From positions 1,440,001 to 1,504,000 of the forward strand of contig OZ245838.1 of the NCBI GenBank assembly GCA_965228735.1: a stretch of DNA of 64,000 bases, read 5' to 3'. This stretch comes from Planctomycetota bacterium. GTDB lineage: Bacteria > Planctomycetota > UBA1135 > UBA2386. Below, piece by piece: positions 1 through 9,702 of this stretch. Position 1 is the first letter of the stretch. Every line of letters starts with the position of its first letter. The position numbers and the translations under genes were made by a program. Below the pieces are notes generated by a model that worked only from the letters and a program-made list of their open reading frames with translations, did no database searches and was not told the DNA's origin.

Positions 1-43
1 CTACAACAGTGGTCTGTCTCTTCCGCTCCAACTTCGTTTCATC

Positions 44-2374
44 ATGAGTGCGACACCTGTCCGTTTTCTCGTCCCGGCCATCCTGGCTGCGGGCCTCTCC
101 TCGAGCCTCACGGCGCAATTCACCGTCGTCGTGCCCGACGGCACGGCCAACGCGCCGGGCAACTCCTCCAACGCGTTCCCCTGGGGCACCACCGCCGGGT
201 CCTTCCCCGGTCTGCGGCTGATGGCGACCTACGGTGCAGTCAACTTCACCAACCAGGCCGTCAACTCGCCGATCCTGATCACGGGCGTCAAGTGGCGGCC
301 GAACGACACCTCCGCGGCCGTCGGCGGCGGCCAGTTCAACGCCGGGACGATCGAGATGTCGACCTCGGCCGTCGGCCAGGCCAACGTCACGACCAACTTC
401 GCCACCAACCACGGTGTGGATCGCACGGTCGTCTATGACGCGGCGGTCAACGGGCCGGTCGTGCACACGCCGTCGCCCGGCTCGGGGGCCTGGACGCCGC
501 AGTCCTGGGTCGTCGACGTGACGCTCGCCACGCCGTTCCTCTACGACCCCACGTCCGGCGACCTCGTCGTCGACGTCGACTACCCGACCGGCAGCTTCTC
601 CGGGGCGGGCGTCGGCCAGATGGACATCCAGTCGACGGGTAGCAACTCGTCGCGCGTCTTCGCCAGCACGAACTACCCGGCCGCCAACGGCACGACCTCG
701 AACCACGGCCCGGTCATCGAGCTGACCTACGTGCCGCCCGTCGGCGTGTACGCGAACTTCAGCGCCAACGTGCAGACCGGCCCGTCGCCGCTGATGGTCA
801 ACTTCACCGACACGAGCTTCAGCAGCCCCAACCCGATCACGTCGTGGGCCTGGGACTTCGAGAACGACGGCACCGTCGACTCGACCGCCCAGAACCCGTC
901 GCACACCTACGCGTCGTGCGGCGAGTTCGACGTCAGCCTGACGGTCACCGACAGCCTGAACCAGTCCTCGACCCTGGTCAAGAACGCCTTCATCGCCGTC
1001 GACCCGCTCGCGGCCGACTTCACGGCGACGCCGACGTTCGGCGCCGAACCGCTCATCGTGAACTTCACGGACACGTCGACCGGCGGGTCCGCGGTCCCGA
1101 TCATGTGGGAGTGGGACATGGACGGCGATGGTGTCTTCGACATCATGGGCACCACGCCAGCCGAGCAGAACCCCGTCTGGGTCTACCTCGGCGGCACCTA
1201 CACCGTCACGCTCCGCACGACCTTCGCCTGCACGAGCGGCGTCGGTGTCGTAACGGAGACCAAGACCGACCTGATCACGTGCGTCGGCGCGACGACCAAC
1301 ACGCAGGGCGCGGACCTCTTCGAGTTCCAGTTCAACGAAGTGCGCGGCGACCAGGCCTTCAACGCCGCGTCGACGACCGCGGCGCCGGCGTCGGCGACCG
1401 TCAGCTCGACGACCTGGCAGGTCGACCCGGGCCGCCTGGACTTCAAGGGCGACGGCCCGACGGGCGCGCTCGGCAACGGCGGCCTCGTCGCGACCGGCCA
1501 CGCGCTCGATCAGCAGGGCAGCATGACGATCTGCTGGTGGCAGCGCCTGAACACGCCCCCGGGCGCCTCGCTCGCGTACGTGTTCGGCGGCTCGGGTGGC
1601 AGCTTCCGCTGCTTCACGGGCGGCGTCGCGGGGAACACCCTGTGGTACCGCGGCAGCTCCATCGGTGACGTGCAGGCGAGCTACGACGTCCAGGCCAACG
1701 CCGGCGTCTGGGAGCACGTCGCGCTCGTCGTCGACGACACCGCGGGCACGGCCGACTGGTACTTCAACGGCGTGTTCGACACGTCGACCGCGTTCCCGGC
1801 CGGCACCCACACGGCGACCAACACCGACTACCACGTCGGCTACCACACGAGCACCGCGTCGATCTACACCTCGGGCTACGACCTGGACGACTACCGGCAC
1901 TACAACAACGCCCTGACCGCGACCGAGATCGCGGCCATCGCGTCCGGGACCGAGCACGCCGCGAGCACGAACTACGGCAGCGGTTGCGCCGGTTCGGCGG
2001 GCACCCCGTCGATCTCCGGCAACGAAGCGCCGGACGGCAGCGGCCCCATCGGCACGCCGACCTACAGCGTCAACCTCAGCGGCGCCCAGCCGAACGCCGG
2101 TGCGTTCCTCGCGTTCGGCTTCCTCGCGGGCAGCAACCCGCTGCTGCCGTTCGACCTCGGCGCGGTCCTCGGTGCCCCCTACGCGGGTTGCGAGATCCAC
2201 ACCGACGCGAGCTCGGCGCTGTTCCTCCTGACGGATGCCTCCGGCTCCGCGTCGGTGCCGCTGCCGATCCCGGGCAACGGTCAGTTCACGCAGCTGCACA
2301 TCTACTGTCAGTACATGGTGCTCGACAGCACCGTGGGCTCCGTTTCGGACGCCCTCGACGTCAACATCAAGTAG
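44..2374 (+). CDS. Secreted PKD-repeat / LamG-like domain protein with shared C-terminal domain
   Basis: 776 aa. N-terminal signal peptide, two PKD repeats (VNFTDTS...WAWDFENDG; WEWDMDGDG), LamG-like segment (WEHVALVVD...WYFNG...LDDYRHYNNALT), C-terminal YGSGC...LPIP...SDALDV domain. Confidence 0.85.
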   Translation: MSATPVRFLVPAILAAGLSSSLTAQFTVVVPDGTANAPGNSSNAFPWGTTAGSFPGLRLMATYGAVNFTNQAVNSPILITGVKWRPNDTSAAVGGGQFNAGTIEMSTSAVGQANVTTNFATNHGVDRTVVYDAAVNGPVVHTPSPGSGAWTPQSWVVDVTLATPFLYDPTSGDLVVDVDYPTGSFSGAGVGQMDIQSTGSNSSRVFASTNYPAANGTTSNHGPVIELTYVPPVGVYANFSANVQTGPSPLMVNFTDTSFSSPNPITSWAWDFENDGTVDSTAQNPSHTYASCGEFDVSLTVTDSLNQSSTLVKNAFIAVDPLAADFTATPTFGAEPLIVNFTDTSTGGSAVPIMWEWDMDGDGVFDIMGTTPAEQNPVWVYLGGTYTVTLRTTFACTSGVGVVTETKTDLITCVGATTNTQGADLFEFQFNEVRGDQAFNAASTTAAPASATVSSTTWQVDPGRLDFKGDGPTGALGNGGLVATGHALDQQGSMTICWWQRLNTPPGASLAYVFGGSGGSFRCFTGGVAGNTLWYRGSSIGDVQASYDVQANAGVWEHVALVVDDTAGTADWYFNGVFDTSTAFPAGTHTATNTDYHVGYHTSTASIYTSGYDLDDYRHYNNALTATEIAAIASGTEHAASTNYGSGCAGSAGTPSISGNEAPDGSGPIGTPTYSVNLSGAQPNAGAFLAFGFLAGSNPLLPFDLGAVLGAPYAGCEIHTDASSALFLLTDASGSASVPLPIPGNGQFTQLHIYCQYMVLDSTVGSVSDALDVNIK

Positions 2375-2393
2375 GACTCGCGTCCTGCCGACC

Positions 2394-2415
2394 GCGCGCG
2401 CCGACCGGCGCGCGC
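2394..2415 (+). terminator. GC-rich hairpin, possible terminator or transcript-stability element
   Basis: Perfect inverted repeat GCGCGCGCCG-AC-CGGCGCGCGC about 20 nt after the stop at 2374; no U-tract. Confidence 0.4.
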
Positions 2416-2688
2416 CTCACGGGCTCGATCGTGCGACGCGCACGCTCGGGCCCGTTCCACGTCCGGCTGCTTCGATTCGGCCGCTGCCGTCGGCGATCGC
2501 TCGTCAGCTCGCGAACCGACACCCGTGGCGACCCGCGTGACGATTCACCCAGGACCGAAAACCCGGCGATTCGCGGCCGCTTGCGGACTTGCCCCGAAGT
2601 TGTCCAAACGGTTCAACCTGCGCACGACTGCGCAACGGGGGTGCTACAAGAGCCGCTCGTAACCTTCCACGCTCCCCATCAGAACACC

Positions 2689-4812
2689 ATGAGTGCGACA
2701 CCCTTCCGACTCCTCGCTTCCACCGCCCTGCTGACCGCCGGGCTCGCCACCGGGCTCGACGCGCAGCAGACCGTCGTCATCCCCAACGGCATGGCCAACG
2801 CTGCCGGCAGCACGGCCAACAACTTCCCCTTCGGCTACACGGGCACCGCGTGGCCGGGCCTGCGCACGATGGCGTGCTACGACACGTCGCACTTCACGCA
2901 GCAGGGCATCAACCAGCCGATTCTGATCCAGTCGATCTCCTGGCGCGCCAACGACACGACGGCGTCCTGGACCGGCGGCACGCACCCGAACGCGACGATC
3001 GCGATGGCGAGTGCCGCGGTCGACTACACCGCGGTCACGACCACCTTCGCGTCGAACGTCGGCCCGGACTACGCGGTCGTCTACACCGGTCCCGTCACGG
3101 TCACGGCCGGCGCGGGCGCCGGCACGGGCACGCCGTCGCCGTTCTACATCACGGTGCAGATCCCCGGCGCGGGCTTCCTCTACGACCCGACCGCGGGCAA
3201 CGACCTGATCGTCGACTGTGACAACATGCTCGGCGGCTGGTCCGGCGGTTCGACGACCTCGCACGATGTCGACGGCAGCCCCAGCGCGATGGCGAGCCGC
3301 ATCTATGCGAGCTCGAACTACCCGACGGCCAACGGCACGACCCAGAACCACGGCATCGTGATCGAACTCGGCTACGTCCCGGCCTCGGGTCTCTACGCCA
3401 ACTTCGACTCGGACGTCCAGACCGGCAGCTCGCCGCTGACGGTGAACTTCACCGACACGTCGTTCACGAGCACGCCGACCGGCGTGACCACGTGGGCGTG
3501 GGACTTCGAGAACGACGGCACGATCGACTCGACGCTGCAGAACCCGTCACACGTCTACCCGGCGTGCGGTTCGTACGACGTCGCGCTGACCGTCGACGAC
3601 GGCGTCTTCCCGACCTCCACGATCGTCAAGAACGCGTTCATCCAGCCGGACCTGGTGCCGATCACCCCGAGCTTCTCGGTCACGCCGATCGCGGCGAACG
3701 TCTACCAGTTCATGGACACGTCGACCCCGACGCCCACGGCGTGGGAGTGGGACTTCGACAACGACGGCATCGTCGACTCGACGGGTCAGAACCCGGCATG
3801 GGCATTCCCGTCGCCGTGCGGCGCCGAGGAGATCCGCCTCGCGGTCTACAACCAGTGTCACGGCCCGTGGGAGACCGTGCAGTCGCTCGCGATCGCGCCC
3901 AACACGTTCTCGACGACGTTCGTGCCGAACAACGGTCTCTCCGGCAACGGCGCCGGCAACCTGTTCGACATCGACGTCACGAACCCCCGCGGCGTGAACA
4001 TCTGCGGCCTCACTCTGACGCCGTACTCGACGACTGCCGGCAACCCGATCACGTGTGAGGTCTGGGTGACCGACGCGCCCGGCGGCGTGCAGGGCAACTA
4101 CAACGACCCGAGCGTCTGGCGCCTGATGACGACCGGCTCCGGCATCGACACCGGCACGACGGGCGCGCTGACGGCCTTCGACCTCAACCAGCCGCTCTAC
4201 CTGCCGTTCGGCCAGTACGCGATGGCGATCGGCACGAGCCAGGGCCTGCGTTACCAGACGCTGAGCGCCGGCCCGACGACGGTCGTCGGCCCGGACTTCA
4301 CGATCACGGCGGGCCGCAGCGCTTCCACGCTGTTCACGGCCGGCATCGACAACCGCGCCATCTGCGGCGAGCTGGCCTACAGCATCGCGGGCGGCGGCGA
4401 CCTCGCGGGCTTCGGCCTCGAGGGCATCGGTTGCCCGGGCTCGCTGGGTCAGTCGACGATCACCGCGAGCGGCCCGCCCCAGATCGGCACGACCTTCACG
4501 GTCACGGTCGACAACCTGCCAGCCAACGCCGCGATCCTGATGACCGGCTTCAGCAACACGACGTCGGTGCTCGGCAGCCTGCCGCTCAGCACTGCGCCGT
4601 TCGGCGCCCCCGGCTGCGCGCTCAACATCAGCCCGGACGTCAACACGTTCCTGGCCGGCACGGGCAACACCGTGAGCTCGAGTCTGACGATTCCGGCCAA
4701 CGCGGTGCTGATCGACGTGCTGATGTTCCAGCAGGCCGTCGTCCTCGACCCGGGTTTCAACGCCGCCAGCGCAGTCGGCTCGGACAGCTCCGCGGTCTAC
4801 GTGGGCCTGTAG
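2689..4812 (+). CDS. Secreted PKD-repeat protein, tandem paralogue of 44..2374
   Basis: Start moved to ATG 2689 (MSATPFRLL, matching MSATPVRFL of the upstream paralogue); 707 aa. Signal peptide, same N-terminal domain, two PKD repeats (WAWDFENDG, WEWDFDNDG), shared C-terminal GIGC...GC...IP domain. Confidence 0.85.
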   Translation: MSATPFRLLASTALLTAGLATGLDAQQTVVIPNGMANAAGSTANNFPFGYTGTAWPGLRTMACYDTSHFTQQGINQPILIQSISWRANDTTASWTGGTHPNATIAMASAAVDYTAVTTTFASNVGPDYAVVYTGPVTVTAGAGAGTGTPSPFYITVQIPGAGFLYDPTAGNDLIVDCDNMLGGWSGGSTTSHDVDGSPSAMASRIYASSNYPTANGTTQNHGIVIELGYVPASGLYANFDSDVQTGSSPLTVNFTDTSFTSTPTGVTTWAWDFENDGTIDSTLQNPSHVYPACGSYDVALTVDDGVFPTSTIVKNAFIQPDLVPITPSFSVTPIAANVYQFMDTSTPTPTAWEWDFDNDGIVDSTGQNPAWAFPSPCGAEEIRLAVYNQCHGPWETVQSLAIAPNTFSTTFVPNNGLSGNGAGNLFDIDVTNPRGVNICGLTLTPYSTTAGNPITCEVWVTDAPGGVQGNYNDPSVWRLMTTGSGIDTGTTGALTAFDLNQPLYLPFGQYAMAIGTSQGLRYQTLSAGPTTVVGPDFTITAGRSASTLFTAGIDNRAICGELAYSIAGGGDLAGFGLEGIGCPGSLGQSTITASGPPQIGTTFTVTVDNLPANAAILMTGFSNTTSVLGSLPLSTAPFGAPGCALNISPDVNTFLAGTGNTVSSSLTIPANAVLIDVLMFQQAVVLDPGFNAASAVGSDSSAVYVGL

Positions 4813-4893
4813 TTCGAGTCCCCCCTTCGGGCCGGCCCGCGATCCGGGTCGGCCCAATCCCGATCGGGCGCACCCCGATCCGTCGCCCGCCGA

Positions 4894-5649
4894 TCAGGCG
4901 AGCCGCAAGCGGAAGCGCCGAACCGCGACTTCCTCGCCGCCGCCCGCGCGCCGCATCGCCAGCGCTCCCACGAAGTCGGGGCCCGGCGACACGTCGAGCA
5001 TGCGCCAGGCATCGGGCTGCTCGTCGCCCTCGCGGCACGCGCAGAGCCTCGGCTCCTCGTCGATGCTGACGTCGAACGTGTCGAGCCCCATCGTCAGGCC
5101 CTCGCCGAGCGCCTTGATGTAGGCCTCCTTGCGGGTCCAGCAACGATAGAACGCGAGCAGGCGCGCCTGGTCATCGAGCCTCTCGAGACCGTCGAACTCC
5201 GCGGCCGAGAAGTGCCGGCGCGCGATCTCGCGGTAGCTCTCGAGGCGGCGCAGCTTCTCGCAGTCGACGCCGAGCTCGGTCGCCGCGACGCCGATCAGCG
5301 TCAGCTTGCCCGAGTGCGACAGACTGAAGAACGGCGCGCCGTCGCCCTCGAGATACGGCTTGCCCTTCGGCCCGAGGCGGAACTCGAGGTCCGCGGGCGC
5401 CTTCCCGACGTAGCCCGCGAGCACGTGGCGCAGCGCCCCGTGCGTGATCTCGTAGCGCCGCCGATGGTCCGCGAAGTGAAAGCGCCCGGCGCGTTCCCGT
5501 TCGCCCACGGACAGCGGCGCCAGGAACGGCTCGGGGTCGCCGTCGAGCGGCACGGCCCACAGGTGCACCGCGACGCCCGCAGCCGCCGACAGTTCGAATC
5601 GGCCCGGGGCGGTCGCACCGAAGTCGTCGAACAGGGCGATCTCGTCCAT
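4894..5649 (-). CDS. 4'-phosphopantetheinyl transferase (Sfp-type)
   Basis: Motifs GKP, FSLSHS, LGVDCE and FYRCWTRKEAYIKALG. Confidence 0.93.
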   Translation of the reverse strand: MDEIALFDDFGATAPGRFELSAAAGVAVHLWAVPLDGDPEPFLAPLSVGERERAGRFHFADHRRRYEITHGALRHVLAGYVGKAPADLEFRLGPKGKPYLEGDGAPFFSLSHSGKLTLIGVAATELGVDCEKLRRLESYREIARRHFSAAEFDGLERLDDQARLLAFYRCWTRKEAYIKALGEGLTMGLDTFDVSIDEEPRLCACREGDEQPDAWRMLDVSPGPDFVGALAMRRAGGGEEVAVRRFRLRLA

Positions 5650-5670
5650 TCGGTCGCTGAACGTAACCGC

Positions 5671-8565
5671 TCAGCGCGGCAACGCCAGCCGGAACGGGCC
5701 GGCCGGGAGCCCGGCCGCATTGCGCAGGTTGGCATCGGGCACAGCAGTCCACGCGTAGCGCACGGCAACCGGCGCTTCGATGCCGGCCGCCTTCACCTCG
5801 ACGAGATCGGCGGCGACGACCCGTGCGGTCGCCGGCACGAACTCCGATCGCCCCCGCGCGCGGACCTCGAAGCCGCTGACGGCACCATCCGCAGCGAGCG
5901 GGCTCGCGCTCGCCGCGAACCGCACCAGCAGCGCCTCGCCCGTCGCCTCGAGGCCGACCGCGACCGGGCCGTCGCAGACGACGTTCTCACCGTAGCAGTG
6001 CCGCAGCGCGTGCAGCGCCAGCCGCTGGCCGACCGCCTGCTTGTTGCGCGGATGGATGTCACGCGCGTTGCCGATGTCGAGCGTCACGACCATCCCCGTC
6101 CGCGGCAGCCGCAGCGCCTGCGTCTGCGCCCAGCGCAGATCGACGCCGCCGAGACGTTCGCCGGCGTAGGAGAACGGCGCGATCTGGACGAAGTAAAACG
6201 GCAGGTCGCGGCCGAAGTGGTGCCGCCAGTCGCGGATCATCGCGGGGAAGAGCCGTTCGTACTGCGCGGCCCGCAGCCGGTTCGACTCACCCTGGTACCA
6301 GATCGCGCCGCGGAACGGGAACGGGGCGAGCGGCGCGATCATGCCGTTGAACAGGACCGTCGGGCGGTTGGGGCCGGCCGCGCGTCGCGGCCACGCCGGC
6401 AGATCGGCGATCGCCGGGCCACGCGCGCGCCGCCACGAACCCGCGAGTTCGATCTTCACCTCGGGCGCCCCGCTCGTCGTGATGAGCTGAAGCGCTGCTG
6501 GCGCCGCGGTGAAGCCGCCTTCGCCGCCGGTGTCGACGACCCGCACGATGATCTCGAGCTCCGCGCGTGCTCCGACCAGCGCGCCCGGGATCGCGTACTG
6601 GCGCGGCGTCGACCACGCCCCGTCGCGCTCGAGCCCGCCGATGCGCTGACCGTTGCACCAGGCCGTGTCCATGTCGTCGACCGCGCCGAGGTCGAGCCGC
6701 AGGTCGCGACCGCGCAGGACGTCGGGCACGGGCAGGACCTGGCGATAGAACGCGACGCCATCGAAGTCGCCGAGGCCGCTCTCGGACCATCGGTCGGGCA
6801 TCTCGACGAGTTGCCACGCGGCGTCGCCCGGGGCCGGCACTCCGGGCACCGCGCTCCAGAACCGCTGCATCGCGGCGTCGCGACCGTCACCGGCAGCCAG
6901 CCGGCGGATCGCCGGCGCGAACTCGGGGAACGCGTCCAGACCCGGCGCGCTCGTCCACGCCTCGCAGATCGTCCCGCCCCACGCCGACACCACGAGACCG
7001 ATCGGACCGTGACCGCGCTGGAGCAGCTCGCGCGCGAAGAAGTACGCCGACGCCGAGAAGCCGCCGGCCGTCGCGGGCGAGCACACCAGCCACTCGCCCT
7101 CGATCGCGTCGAGCGGCACGGCGCTCGTCTTCTTCTGCACGGTGAACACGCGCAGCTCCGGGAAGTCGGCGGCCGCGACTTCCTGCTCCCAGTTCCTCAC
7201 GCCCTGGCGCCAACCGCTGTGCCGCCCGACCTCCATCTCCATGTTGGATTGCCCCGAGGCGAGCCACACGTCGCCGACGAGCACGTCGCGGATCGCGATC
7301 TGCTGATCGTCGCACGCCAACGTCAGCGAGTGCGCCCCGCCTTGCCCTGGGGTCACGACGGCGCAGCGCCAAGAGCCGTCGGCGGTGACCGTCGTCGTTG
7401 TCTCGGCGCCCCACGACGTCGTGACCGCAACCGGCGATTGCGCCGGCCCGTGGCCGCGCAGCATGATCGTCGCGTCGGCCGGCAGCACCATGTGATCACC
7501 GAACAGCGCCATCACGGTGAACGGGGTGACGGCGCGCTCGGCGAGCCGGGCGATCCGACCGTTGCTGCCACACGCGATCACCGTTCCGTCCGCCGCACGT
7601 TCGAGCGCGTGAAACCCCGTCGCGCCGAACGGCGCCCAGGTGCGGCCGCCGTCTCGCGACCGACTCGCGCCGTGCGACCCGACCGCGAGCACGGTCGATT
7701 CGTCGAGCCAGGCCACCGCGGAACGGAAGCCCCCGGCATTGCTGCGGGTCCACGTCGCGCCACCGTCCGCCGTCCACGCCGCGGTCCCGGCCGCGCGCTC
7801 GGGCTCGTCGTAGAGCCCGCCGACCACGACGCCGCGCCGGCCGTCGAACGTCACGGCGAACGCGCCGCCGGCCGGCGCGCCGTGCTCGAGCGGCAACCCG
7901 ACCGACTGCCAGCTGCGCCCGGTATCGCGACGCGAGAAGCAGCGCGCGCGGGCCCCGCCGGTCACGATTCGCGCGACCCCGGCCGTGACGTCGATGCACG
8001 AACCGCTCGCGGCGAACCCGTATTCGCCTTCGATCGCCTCGGGCAACCCGGTCACGGGTCCCCACGTGCGGCCACCATCGGTCGAACGCCGGACGTACAT
8101 CTGCCCGCCGAGCGGGTCACCGAACAGATAGCCCGTCTCCCCTTCGAACTCGATGCTGTCGAAGAACGCCGCCGGGTCGCGTTCGGCGTGCACGCGCTGC
8201 CACGACCCGCCGCCGTCCGTGGTGCGATAGAGGTGCGCGGGCTGCCCGGCGACCATCGCGACCGCCGTGCTGGCGTCGAACGCGTGCAGGTCGCGGAAGT
8301 CGAACCCGGCGACGCCTTCGACCCGCGGCGCGACGTTCGCGAACGTCGCGCCACCGTCACCCGAGCGCAGGATCGTGCCGCCCGTGCCACCCGCCCAGAT
8401 CGTGCTCCGGTCGACGACCGCGAGCGCGCGCAGGCTCAGGCCGGCGCGTTCATGGAGCACATCCCACGCCGGATCGCGCTGCGCCCCATCGGCCTGACCC
8501 GGCGCGGCGACAGCCAACAGAATCGCGCCCACGAGGCCGTTCGACAGCAGCGACGAGGTGTTCAT
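5671..8565 (-). CDS. Secreted fusion: BNR/Ycf48-like beta-propeller + sialate O-acetylesterase with inserted sugar-binding domain
   Basis: Start at ATG 8565 (MNTSS..., signal peptide). Asp-box repeats (SGDGGATF, TTDGGGSW, STDGGRTW), then LFGDHMVL, GDVWLASGQSNM, WGGT, WYQGESN, DIHPRNK. Confidence 0.88.
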   Translation of the reverse strand: MNTSSLLSNGLVGAILLAVAAPGQADGAQRDPAWDVLHERAGLSLRALAVVDRSTIWAGGTGGTILRSGDGGATFANVAPRVEGVAGFDFRDLHAFDASTAVAMVAGQPAHLYRTTDGGGSWQRVHAERDPAAFFDSIEFEGETGYLFGDPLGGQMYVRRSTDGGRTWGPVTGLPEAIEGEYGFAASGSCIDVTAGVARIVTGGARARCFSRRDTGRSWQSVGLPLEHGAPAGGAFAVTFDGRRGVVVGGLYDEPERAAGTAAWTADGGATWTRSNAGGFRSAVAWLDESTVLAVGSHGASRSRDGGRTWAPFGATGFHALERAADGTVIACGSNGRIARLAERAVTPFTVMALFGDHMVLPADATIMLRGHGPAQSPVAVTTSWGAETTTTVTADGSWRCAVVTPGQGGAHSLTLACDDQQIAIRDVLVGDVWLASGQSNMEMEVGRHSGWRQGVRNWEQEVAAADFPELRVFTVQKKTSAVPLDAIEGEWLVCSPATAGGFSASAYFFARELLQRGHGPIGLVVSAWGGTICEAWTSAPGLDAFPEFAPAIRRLAAGDGRDAAMQRFWSAVPGVPAPGDAAWQLVEMPDRWSESGLGDFDGVAFYRQVLPVPDVLRGRDLRLDLGAVDDMDTAWCNGQRIGGLERDGAWSTPRQYAIPGALVGARAELEIIVRVVDTGGEGGFTAAPAALQLITTSGAPEVKIELAGSWRRARGPAIADLPAWPRRAAGPNRPTVLFNGMIAPLAPFPFRGAIWYQGESNRLRAAQYERLFPAMIRDWRHHFGRDLPFYFVQIAPFSYAGERLGGVDLRWAQTQALRLPRTGMVVTLDIGNARDIHPRNKQAVGQRLALHALRHCYGENVVCDGPVAVGLEATGEALLVRFAASASPLAADGAVSGFEVRARGRSEFVPATARVVAADLVEVKAAGIEAPVAVRYAWTAVPDANLRNAAGLPAGPFRLALPR

Positions 8566-8888
8566 GCCGCCGATGTAGCGGATCCACGGGCCCCTGCCCA
8601 GCGCGACGAAGCTCCGGCGCGACCGGGTTTTCCCGCGCGATGAGGACCGTTTCGACACGGGATGCGGGCCACGGCCGGCCGCTTTCGTCCCCCGCCGAGA
8701 CCGGCACGCATCCCGCCGTTCTGGCAAGCCAGGACGCCGCACGGCGACCCTGCTGCCGCTTCGCGGTCGATTCCCGACCCCTGTTTGGGTTCAGCGTCGC
8801 CCGCCATCGGCCGATCAGTAGGGATGAACCCACGCCCTGACACTTGCGTGACGTGAACACCGGGCGAACGTTCCACCACGACACACCA

Positions 8889-9560
8889 ATGTACCTACGA
8901 CACGCCGCTACCATTCTGTTCACCATCGCGCTCGGCGCGTGCGCTTCGGGGTCGCGCCTCGAAGAGGCTCCGAACCGCAAAGAGAACCTCACGACCTGGA
9001 TCGAGAAGGTCCACATCGAGGCCGGCCGCTCGCGCGACTCGATCGCCGAGAGCTACGAACGCCTGCAGATGCTCGCCTCCGGCGAGTACCCGCAGGGCGA
9101 CGCCGCGATGGCCTACGCCCAGTTCGTGCAGTCGATCGACATCGCCGAGACCCAGGCCACGCGCTTCCGCGAGGTCGTCGAACCGCTCGCGTCCGCGGCC
9201 GCCCCGGTCTTCGAGCAGTGGGCGCAGGACGTCCAGACGATCGGCAACGAACGCCTGCGCACGCGCGGCGAGCTCAGCATGACCGTCAGCAAGGAACGCT
9301 ACGAAGCGGTCCTCGCGTCGGCGAACGATGCCCGCGAGCAGTTCAACGGCTTCGTGCAGGACCTCCGCGACCACGCGGCGTTCCTCGCGCACGACCTCAA
9401 CCCGCGCGCGCTCGACGAGATCCAGGAAGACGTGAAGATGGTGCGCAACAACGCGGAGAAGCTCGACCAGGAGCTCGACCGCACGCTCACCGCGGCGCGC
9501 GCCTACGTCGATCTCAACGCGCTGCCGGCGCAGGGTTCGCCCGCGTCGCCGAATCGCTGA
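8889..9560 (+). CDS. Helical lipoprotein, DUF2959-like
   Basis: Lipobox LGAC. All-helical body (FEQWAQDV, LRDHAAFLAHDLNP.AL) resembling DUF2959 proteins. Confidence 0.65.
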   Translation: MYLRHAATILFTIALGACASGSRLEEAPNRKENLTTWIEKVHIEAGRSRDSIAESYERLQMLASGEYPQGDAAMAYAQFVQSIDIAETQATRFREVVEPLASAAAPVFEQWAQDVQTIGNERLRTRGELSMTVSKERYEAVLASANDAREQFNGFVQDLRDHAAFLAHDLNPRALDEIQEDVKMVRNNAEKLDQELDRTLTAARAYVDLNALPAQGSPASPNR

Positions 9561-9702
9561 TCACCGAATCGCTGAGCCCCGGACCGCTTGATCAGGGGAT
9601 CGGCGAAACCAACGGGCCGTCCGCGGCCCATCACGATAGTCCGCGCTCGGGGAAGGGCGCGGACACCCCCATGACACCTGCACCCCGCCCCACAGGAGGC
9701 CC

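Noticed and set aside
4812..4832. GTTCGAGTCCCCCCTTCGGG resembling a tRNA 3' fragment or att site
   Set aside because: No pairing T-stem 5' arm, no cloverleaf, no CCA and no integrase nearby.
4860..4895. CCGATC recurring every 15 bp between convergent genes
   Set aside because: Only the hexamer is conserved; too short and degenerate for CRISPR or a defined repeat.
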